This document shows positions 1 through 10,400 of a stretch of 64,000 bases of DNA, piece by piece; positions within the stretch are counted from its first letter, which is position 1; each line of letters starts with the position of its first letter. Source of the DNA: Lepidodermella squamata (lineage: Eukaryota > Animalia > Gastrotricha). Made by a program: the position numbers and the translations under genes. Below the pieces are notes generated by a model, which had not been told where the DNA came from, searched no databases, and saw nothing but the letters and a program-made list of their open reading frames with translations. The DNA is taken from the NCBI GenBank assembly GCA_047495785.1, contig JBLDXI010000017.1:2790001-2854000 (forward strand). The letters run 5' to 3'.

Positions 1-804
1 CCAGCGAGAAAATGACGATTGAAACTTTCCAATCCGTGACGAAGGCTAAAATAAAACCACTGATGCTGGTGCCCAGCCAAGCCAAAGCCATTGAAATGTT
101 GCTCGACATGCCTTCCTCCAATTTACGAACTTGCCTAAAAGAGGAAGTGAGGTTTAAAACAGGTCCTATCAGTTTTTGGAATAAACTTACTCGAACAACA
201 CGTTGTTCAAAGAGCCAACTCGGTGATTATCGAACCAAGCTGTATTTTTGCTGAGAATAGACCGGAATAATGCCGTTCGAAGGCGATGCGTTTGGCGTTG
301 GCATGCGACAGTCCATAATGTGTTGTGGATTATGCCCGCAAGGTACATGCCAGCTGCGATCAATGCGTACCAACCACACAATGGGCCAACAACGTCGATC
401 AGTGACTTAGCTCCAGTTACCAGAGATGGATCGTATCGGTTGAGGGCTGGATCGGTTGCATTTGCGAGAACGCTACTTTCATTTGATGAGTTTGTCTTGA
501 AGGCCTTCCAGCACGGCGAATATGTGATCATCGCGTTCAATATTCTGCCGTAGTAAATTAGAGAGGCTGGCAGAGCAGCGCCCTGGCCGAGAGCGAATAG
601 CGAACCAATTATCATCATGGCAGCATCCCAAAAGTCCGCATATCGCAGAATTTGAAAATAGGAATATTGCGGAGTCGCCTTAGCATCCTTCTCCGCTGAG
701 GTAGATTCCTCGGAGGATTTTCGATCGACGCCATTCTTAACAACCTTGTCATAAGGTGGCGGCTCGACGGAAGAACTACTCGGCGTGTCGCTGTTGGGAG
801 GCAT
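1..804 (-). CDS. ABCB1: ABCB/MDR P-glycoprotein-type ABC transporter, 5' part (runs off window start)
   Basis: N-terminus YSYFQILRYADFWDAAMMIIGSLFALGQGAALP and QTHRLRTALFRSILSKNTAWFD match TMD1 of full-size ABCB pumps. An intron at about 190-144 is followed by QVRKLEEGMSSNIS. The NBDs are outside the window, so the paralogue name is approximate. Confidence 0.85.
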
Positions 805-1455
805 CGAAAGAACTGTCTTTTATTTTAAAGCTTTATGATAATGCTCAAATCTGTCCAAAATTTCTTTCTTTATATAGCCCACGCGTTTCTTGGTGGCGTT
901 TGGCCTCTTTCCGTGCTCAAATTTGACCGAGTCGCAGACGAATGGATGTTCCCGAGGTTGTTTTGAGTACTACATCACGGCAAAACAAGATTCACCGGAC
1001 CGTTTCTGGCCTCAACTGGCAAACGTGGCGCTCTCCGAATTACACAAAAAAACGCGCCGTTGAATGGCGTTGTTAATGCAATTTTTTCGTAGTCCTATTC
1101 AAGACTCTCACTCTGATGCGGCAGTTGATGCATGTTGTCAAAATAACTTTTTATCCTGCTTCTGGCAATCTGTATTCAGGCCACTCGACACTACTTGAAC
1201 ATACGTGTATGTGAACTTGAAAACGCCGACAGAGAGGAAAAATTCACGCGGCAGAATAAAAAATGTTCTGGAAACGGGGCAAAATTTGCTTCGAAATCTG
1301 CTAATATTTGGATCATTTTCGCCCCCTATTACATGTAATAGAACATCAACTTGACTTGCATGCTAGCGCTATTATGGCGCGGGATGACGGCTTCTGGGTT
1401 ACTTCGGCCGCAGAAGGGGCGGTTAATTAAATTAAAATCTGTTAACAGAAATTCC

Positions 1456-2042
1456 ATAGAGCTGATAGAGTGCTCACTCGCCATCAAAAACACGGAACGC
1501 CATGGGGGCCATATGGCAGGGGATTAACTCATTGTCCTGGAGTAAGAAACTGAACTAATTACAAATCGATCGATCACATAAATCGCTGGCGCCAACGCTT
1601 CGATTATCGGTTGCAGCGTCGGGCTTTGGGTCATCTCCAGAGTAAGAGACGGCCGATTTAATTACACCAAATTTACCAAGGTAGCCTGATGAATAACTTG
1701 TATTCAAAAGGTCGTTCAATTTCACCTTAGTTTCAGGTGTGGATCGCCTCAAATGGTCAAGGATGAAAAGGGACACCGACTTTTACGTCGCCTTTCGACC
1801 CCTTCTAAGATAGCTACCTTGGTAAATTTGGTGTAATTAAATCGGCCGTCTCTTACTCTGGAGATGACCCAAAGCCCGACGCTGCAACCGATAATCGAAG
1901 CGTTGGCGCCAGCGATTTATGTGATCGATCGATTTGTAATTAGTTCAGTTTCTTACTCCAGGACAATGAGTTAATCCCCTGCCATATGGCCCCCATGGCG
2001 TTCCGTGTTTTTGATGGCGAGTGAGCACTCTATCAGCTCTAT
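1456..2042. mobile_element. Non-autonomous foldback/MITE-like element: 230-bp perfect inverted arms around a 127-bp spacer
   Basis: 1456-1685 is the exact reverse complement of 1813-2042 by manual comparison. It can be read as TA|GAGCTGATAGAG...CTCTATCAGCTC|TA (element 1459-2039, TA target duplication). No transposase ORF. Confidence 0.75.
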
Positions 2043-2355
2043 ACCCCTGACAAATAATTGCTCAAACAGACTTGTCAGAAGGGCGTAGGGCACGAGATGA
2101 AGAGAATGATCGATATGACCAGAGGTTCATGCTGGCACGCGGCAAATAACCCGCTCGCCGCTCGCGTGACGGCTTATAATAAACGCTTTCATACACGTGA
2201 ACGCAAATGTGTAATGTGTAATGTATCTTCTGGTCTCACTGACAACCATTCATTAAATATCGTGCTTGTAGTCAGCACTTATACTGAAATACTTTTTTAA
2301 TTTATTTACAAACATATTTTGGGCTTCAGATTTTCCTTCCAAAAGCGCTCCAATC

Positions 2356-2387
2356 TTCGAGTCGTTGTAGCCCTACAACGACTCGAA
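2356..2387. repeat. Perfect 15-bp inverted repeat (hairpin)
   Basis: TTCGAGTCGTTGTAG-CC-CTACAACGACTCGAA. Confidence 0.9.
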
Positions 2388-3170
2388 TATACCCTAATCT
2401 CTACGAGTCGTATTGAGTCGTCCTTTTAATATTGCCCACACCATATGACCCTACTTGCCCCTACTACGACCCCAAGCTTTTCGGACCTGGCTTCTAAAAT
2501 AAGTTTTGAATAATTCTCGAAAGATGTTTCAAGCCACGTTTTCTACCTCCATAATGCACCGGATTTAAATATTCTGAACTAAATTTAGAATCCGAAAGCC
2601 TGCTTTATTGCCTATCAGCAGCTTACACTCTCCGCTATCTCGACGTCACACGCCACATTTTCTGAAAACCCTTCTGAATAGTTCGGAAAATATTACCACT
2701 CAACGCTATAAATAAGATCAATCCCATCATTTTATTTTTTTTCGTTTAATAAAAGATAATAGTACTTTTCCAAAAAACTCTTCTTTCAAAAAAGAATGTA
2801 TCCAAGTGCATTCGAAGCAAGTCGAAGAGAAAATCCATAATAAATGCTTTGTTTACGCTCGGCGGTCTCGAAGAATCATCATGATAATGAACAGAAGGAG
2901 AGAGAGACAGAGCCATGAGAGAGGGTAGGAAGTCGAGCCGTCCACATTTCAGAAACGCGCCAGCCACCTCATCGAGCGATAATTTACTAAAGAATGGTTG
3001 GTTTATATAGATACACATAATTTGGACCAATAGAACCAGTGAACGGCAGATGAGGGAGGAGGAGCAAGTTAACACCTGACTTTGAGCGCGTGATAGCGTT
3101 CAAATCGCAACAAACACGAGGCTGATGATTCAAAATATAACTTTATTTTCGCCGGAAATAAACACGATCA

Positions 3171-4182
3171 TCAATGCGAGTGAAGCATGCCTAAGACGAG
3201 AGGTAAGGCCATACCGCCAATCAGGCAAAGCAGTTGGACGGGGGTGAAGGCTCGCTGGTGGCCGTGTTCGTGGTGACCGGGCGCAACGGCCCCGGTCGGC
3301 AGGACAGCGGCGGGCGATTGCGAGGTAACGGTAACCTCCGGCAGGACGTGCACGGTCGCCACGTAGAGAAACGTGCCGGCCGAGAACAGCAGCGCCATTC
3401 CGGTTGCGTAGCCGGACGACGTGGCGGACGAAGACGAGCTGAGCGAAAGACAGACTGTTGTAACGAGGGTTGAAATGGGCGTCGACAGCGAGAAGAAAAA
3501 CAAGTGCCGCCTGATGCGCTGCCGGTCCATCAAATTGTCATGCATGAGAAAGGAGACGAGGCCAAACGCGGCCGGCGCCTTGTGCAACAAAATTGCGAGA
3601 AAAACTATGAAGGTTATGTCCTCCTTCGCCGAGGCGACTGCGGCGCCCAGGGCAAGACCGTCGGCCGCCGCGTGGACGACCAGCCCGATGGTCGCCGTGG
3701 TTTTCGAGCCAGCCGCGTCGTCTTTCGACCTCCTAGCGCTCAGCTGGTCGATCAGCAGCATACATACGAAGCCGATGACGAGAATGCTGCCGACTACAGT
3801 GTGGTTATCGACTTCAGAGTGGCCTTTTCCTTCATGAGCGGCGGCGTGAACCTCGACGGCTGAGTTTGAGGGAGCCACCGGCATAGCACTAGGGTCGTGG
3901 CCATGGTGATGACCGGCGGGTTCGGGGGGTGAGGCTGAGTATAGCGAGTGGATTCCTTCTGGAATGATGATTCCTAACGCAGCTCCAGTCAGGAGACCAG
4001 CGCCCAATAGTGTCACGAGTTGAACTCGGCTCTGAAATTAACCAAATTTTACGAAAATTCGTCATTTTTACGTCATTTTTTTTTACCTCAGAAAGAGTCC
4101 AGACTAGAGGCAGCAAGCCGGCGAGGTAGCAAGATATAAATAGCCCGCCGGCTAGAAGGAAAGATATAATGATGGGCTCCAT
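3171..4182 (-). CDS. SLC39A9: Zinc transporter ZIP9, 2 exons (4182-4087, 4031-3171)
   Basis: YLAGLLPL, LGAGLLTGAALGIIIPEG, TIGLVVHAAADGLALG, AILLHKAPAAFGL and LFSAGTFLYVATVHVLPE are ZIP9 signatures. The GT-AG intron 4086-4032 joins the frames. Confidence 0.93.
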
Positions 4183-4474
4183 CGGAAATATCACGGGATT
4201 AAATGAAGCCCTAAAATTGATCGAAAATAACAGTGTAACAACAAAATATGTTTATTCGGTTATATATTGCAAATTATGACGTCTTTTTTAATCCGGGCAG
4301 CAATTAAAAGGCACAACCAAAGGTAATCTGTTGTTTTTCGCATTAAACTCAGCTTGAATAAATAAATCAGATATAAAACAAAAATATTTTAATTGCATTT
4401 TATCACTTTTTCAAGTCATTTCATCACATAGTTATGAAGCATTTTGTCACAGCAGAAATAAAGCGGGAATTTTT

Positions 4475-7400
4475 TCACTGATTTGAAATAATTGCAAAGC
4501 GGCGAGTGACGCCCAGGTGGTCGACAACAATAAAGCCGTCAGAGTAGTTTCCTTCGTTAATAACCTCGCCTGTCAACGGTCGTTGCGAGTCATCGCTTGC
4601 ATCACTGCCGGCCGTAAGGCAAATCTCAGTGATGCGGCCGCTGTCAAACGGCAACAGTCCGATCAGTTTCAGCGACGGCTCAGCGTTGTTAACGCGCCAA
4701 ACTTTGATGAGCTGTTCATTCGCCGAGGCGGTCAACACAAATTTGCGGTTCGCTCGCACCAGAGTAACAGGAGCCGAGTGATCAACGTTGCCCATCGAGT
4801 AGTGGCTGAGTTCTTCACCGATCGTCACTAGATAAGCGGTGCCAGAACGGTGTCCGACTACAAGTGCACTACCCGGGTGAGATGGCAGGAATGTCACCAA
4901 GGGCAAATCGCCATGATGCTCAATTGAAAGGGCCAGAAACTCGTGGGCTGATTTGTGGGAACCGCTTTCGCTTGGAATAACGAACTGAACCCGGCCGTCG
5001 GCGAATGCAACTGCCGAGTAGAAAATTCGGTTCGAAACAAAGTGATCAGTCGCAACGGGCAAGCCACGGCTATTCGAGGATTGTTCGTTAGATTTCGGGA
5101 TCACCAGAACCTTCCCGCGATCAGTCGCAACAGGTAAGCCACGGCCATTCGATGGTAGCTCATAAAATTGCGGGACCACCAGAACCTTGCCAGCGGCGAA
5201 CGGATGGCTAATAATGCGAGCGAAAGGCTTTGCATCCTCAGTGAACACCGCAGATTTGTTGCCGAGGCGAATCAGCCGCTTGTTAGGCAAGGCAGTTTCA
5301 ATCAACGGAGCATTGTCACGCTCGTCAATCGTATAAGCAACAACGGCAGTATCGGTACATGCATAGAACGTATTCGGCTCCGTTAATGATGAGCAAATAT
5401 CGTTGAGAGTTTTCGACAGGCTATGCTCGGTCATTAGAGACATGCCATGTGGATGATTCACGCGCCACACCGAGATCTGAGCACTGAAAAATTCGAAAAA
5501 TTTAAATTAAAAAAATCCACCTTAAAAATAAAGAAAATTACCTTGTAGCAATGACGAAGTACCGTCCGTCATTCGTGAAAAACGCTCGGTTGGGCGGGTC
5601 TTGAACAGCAGGGCGGTTATTTACGCTGCTGATATCAGGCATTCCGGCATCTTCGTTCTGAGCATTCCAAATGTTGCATGTGCCATCCTGTGAAACACTG
5701 ACGATATCGAAGGCGGAATTCGTCGCGAGACTTGGGCTGATCGCAATACCAGTCACCACACCGACGTGAGATTTGAGAACCGCCCTAACCTCAGCCTCAA
5801 GAGGTCGGTAGGCTCGAAGCCAGCCGTCACTGTTTGCGCAGTAGACGGTGATATTTCTCTGTCGTTCTCCCGGCGACTTCATGCGACGACCAGCCTGTTC
5901 GCGCTCAACTTCTTCCCGCTCGCATTCATCCGCCCAGTTGTCGACCGGTTTAATCTCTTGCGAATCAGAAGAAGAATCGCGGTGTTGACGGTCTCGGTTC
6001 AACTCCACACTTATATCTAAACCAACGATCGAGGCCGCGCTGGTTTTGATCGAAGTAACTTCAATACCTCGCCACGTGTGGACTTTGATGACGCCAGAGC
6101 AATCGCCGGAAATGACACAACCATCGGCGGTTGCCAGCGTCGTAACCAGGGCAGGGTGGCTTCCAACTTGTCGAACAGCCTCGCCCGTCAGCGACCACAG
6201 CTTGATGGTATCAGAACCAGCCGTAACGACATGGTCTTTCGTCAGCGAAACAGCAGAGACACTGTCGCCGTGAGCCCGGACAATGGTGGCTAGAGATCGA
6301 CGTTTTGCAAGAGACCAAATTATTACAGTGCCTTCCATATCGCCAGAAATCAGGTAAGATTCGTCCATGAACAGGCAAGTAACGGTCGCTCGATGGCCAG
6401 GGAAAATAATGGCCGGCGAAACTTCAGTTGAATTGCCCTTCAAAGTCGGGTGATTTTCGTAGACCCGAATAATTGCATCGGAGCCACCTGTTGCAGTGTA
6501 GCGATTGCCAGCTGCTAGTGCTCCAATGGCCGATTTCGAATCAGCAAGGTCGAGCTTTTTACCCGTCGCAACGTCAATCGATTTGACGGCCCCGTTTTGG
6601 CAGCTGTAAACCAGTCGGCAAGGGTCGGACGATGTGAAAGTCATGCAGAGAACGGGCGATAGAGCAGCGTCCACCTTAAACACGTTCGGGACGTAAGGCG
6701 GTGATTTCATGAAGTCCGAAATCGGCACGGCAATGACCTGGCCGCTCTTGGTCGCAACTCCAATTAGCCCGGCCTCTTTGGATGATGTCATGTAAGAAAT
6801 TCCGTCGCTAGCGGTTAACGCGCTTGATTTCGGGCGAGAAGCGGGGGCTACATTGCGCGAGGCGTTATGGCAATAGGCTGCGATTTGTCGGCCAAGTCCG
6901 CGAGACCAGACACGGATAGCCCAGTCAGCTGAGGCTGAAACGAGTGAGTTGTCCAGGTATCGAAGGCAAGTCACCGCGAAACCAGACTGCCCGCCTAAAA
7001 CGCCGACCTGAACGCCGTGGTCAGCCAGGAATAGACGAATTTCGCCGTCCATACTACCCCCAGCAACATATTTTCCACACGGTGAGAATGCGACGGCAGT
7101 GACAGGGCTAGCGTGGCCTCGAAATACGGCTAACCGCTTCGGAATGGTTGACTCAGACGGGGTAGCTGACCATAGGCGAATCGCTGTGTCCCAGCACGCG
7201 ACTGCCAAACGACCGTCACCACTCGGGTGGAAGGCAATGGCATTCAGCGGGCAGGATTCGTAGATTCGAACAGCGAGTTTGCTGGTAACAACGTCGTACA
7301 CCGCAATGGTGCAATCGGTGGAGCATGTCGCGACCAGTCGACCAGCCCACGCCGCCCCGGTAATGGGCCGGGTGTGATTTTCGAAGACTGCGAGTCGATT

Positions 7401-10400
7401 ACCGGCTGAAACGTCCCAGCAGCTCAACGTCCGGTCATGGGAGGCAGTGAAAATTTTCACCGAAGATCCGGCAGGGGCGGCGAAGCAAACAGCGTTAACT
7501 GGGCCGGCGTGACCGACCAAAGTTCGCAGCAACTGGCCGTTTCGGTTGTAAATCGTTACCGTCGCATCTTCCGCGCCGAAAGCGACGTAGTCCTGGCAGA
7601 TATCAACGCATAGAACTGACTTCTGAGTCTTAGCGATGAGGAGAGGTTTCGAGCTGGATTCGTCACTCTCGTCGCCGTTCAGCATTCTAACGACCATAGC
7701 CATATCACCGAAGCGGCCAACACCGGCGTCGAAGGTTTTGACAGCTGCTGCTCGAACTCCCATGTCGGAGTCGTTAAACGCCGCTTGCCACAGCAAATGA
7801 GGGAATCCAAGCGATAACGGAGCAATATTTCGCCGTAGGAAATAAGCTACTCGCTGGACCGATTTGTTATCGGAGAATTCCTCGCGTAACTGAGTAAGCA
7901 ATCGAACCGGCATGCCCTGAGGTACTAGACTTGGAGCCTGAAAATCAGTCAAAGCTCGGCGCATAGATGGCGGCGAAACACAGCGAGCCGCTAAATAATG
8001 AAGCGAGGTCATGAGTCGAGCCAGTTCTCGGAAACAACCACCCATGGTCAAGAAATACGGCAGATCGTTCAAAACACCAGGGTCCAGATGCGACCAAGCC
8101 GCGTTTTCCGTGCTGACGAATTTGGCGCAGTAATACGTAGCAATCAACCGGCAATAGACCGACTTTTTATCAAAACCAGGCGACGAGAGCGCGGCGCTTT
8201 TCGACCTCGACGACAAGGCTGACCGAGCGAAACCAGTCGACATGGTTTGGCCGGGGACTCCGAAGTAAACGTGACCAATTACGTCGATGATATTTGCGTC
8301 AGAAAGCGCCAAATTCGAAGCGCTGTTTGACAGAAATCCACGCAGAGATTGAAGCAACTTGCAGAAAACGGACATTTTGACGTTGCGAGAAATTTGGGTG
8401 AGCGAGTCAACGCCCGGCTCCAGCCGTCGCATACCTTCAACCCCCAAATTCATCGCAATCGAGACTAATCGACGCAAATCAACCTCGGACAGGCCGTTAG
8501 GCGCAACAGCCAGCAGGCAGCAAGCACTTTCTACCAGAATTTTGCCATGGTCACTTTCTAGACGGGTCAGAATATCGCCGAGAAGTTGCGAGAGGGTGTG
8601 GGGCAACCGTTTCACTCGAAGCGATAGCTCTTCGAAGAGACCAAACAGGCGAAGCTCTTCGCAAGCCATAGCGAGATAGGCGGGTAGACCGGCGTGTCGT
8701 TTTTGGGTCAAAGCCGCCATTTGATTATCCCACGCCGAATCGGCTAGTTGCTTTCCGAAGCGGCTCAGAATTGAACGAACCACAGCGGCACGGTCAGAAA
8801 CAGGCAGTTGAGGCACCTCAATGTTCAACATCAGCGGACGAGACGAATTATTGCCGACTGACTTCAGCATTCGTTCGGCCGAGGAGTAGGCCAGTGAGGC
8901 AGATCGGCAAGAAACGAGTAGGATCACGTTTTCTGGAATAACATCGATGCTTTCAGGTAGGAATGACAGGCCAGCCTGGTCTGCGTGAAAAGCATCCAGG
9001 CCATCGATGACTAGTAAAAACGGGGCGCCGGGGTTCAACTCGCGGATGACCTTCAGCCAGTCGACGAAACTGGCCGGGTTCGCTTCATCTCGGTCATATA
9101 ACAGTTTTTCCAACTCACTTGTGTTGACATGCATAGCCTGGAAAACTCGAAGAAGAGACTGGCCGAAATGGCTGACAAGTTCGCGAACGGAACCGCAGTT
9201 AGGCGCGGCATCGGCGAAGTAGTACAAGCAAATTGCGGCGTTCTTATTCGCAATTTCATGCACAATTTCGGCGACAACAGCTGATTTTCCACTTCCAGGA
9301 GCCCCTTGCAGGATTACAACCCCGCTTCGCATGTTAGCCGGGCTATTAAACGCCCCTCGTATTTTTCGAACAATCTCGGAGCAAAACTGAGCTCGACCGA
9401 CGAAATTCGAGACTAAATTCATCAGACGTTCCGTGTGAAGATGAACGGCATTTTCAAATTCACTGGTCTCATTCCCGGCATTTTTCGCGTTAGCTGATGC
9501 GATGGTTGTGATAGCGTTCCATAAATCCAGAGTAACACGTTCTCCGAAGAGTTCCAAGCCAGAAGCTCGGCAAACCTTTCCAGCTTTCCCCGACGAAACA
9601 ACGCCGCCGTAATCAGCTGAGTAACCATCCATCACCGCGAATGAACTACGTCGGATTTCACTTTTAAGCTGGCGTAACAGCGAGGCACTTTCGGCATTTT
9701 CGTTCTGGAAATCGTGCAAATAAGCTTGCGGAATTCGACTGAGAAGTTCACTGCTGTCTCTGAAATAGAAAAAGGCACGACTTCTGGCTTGCTTTCGGTC
9801 AGCACTCAGCGCTCCAACCCTGATTTCAAGTTCAGTCACGGAGCGATTGTAATAGCCTTCGACTTCTGGGTATTGCTTAGCTGCCATTTCGACAGCCTGG
9901 CGACCCGGGCAATACCCGTAACGTTCACCCAAAATTCCGATGAACAAATCAGCTTTCTTAGCCTCAGACAAGCAAACGACTAATGAGCCGCTTTGGTTTG
10001 TTTCTTCCTCCGTAACACCCCACCGCAAATCTACATCGTAGATTTGAATTCCAATTTTGGCAGCGTTAAGGCGGATTTGAGGTATGACAAATCGAGTCAG
10101 CAGATCACGTTCGCCGTGCATGTCGCGAAAAGTCGATGAAATGAAAATTCGGATCGAATGCCCCATCGATTTGTCACTTTGTGGAGCAGCTTGTGGGAAG
10201 AAGTCGATACTGCTAATGAGTGCCTGGCTGTTAAAGGTGCCCCGCTTTTGTTGGCCCTTCTTTTTATCATCGGCCTGGAGCTGGTACTTTTTGTCGATAT
10301 TATCGATATAGCGCAGACGCGACGCATCGGTCCGTTCGGCAATAAAACTGTGATGAAAATACAAAAATATAACAATTAAATATTTATTCAATCGATTGAA

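Noticed and set aside
1391-1416. GGTTACTTCG, as in vault RNA, within a small hairpin
   Set aside because: No box A context, box B or T-run terminator.
1686-1715. CTGATGA hammerhead-like core in the foldback spacer
   Set aside because: No correctly placed GAAA after stem II and no convincing stems I and III.
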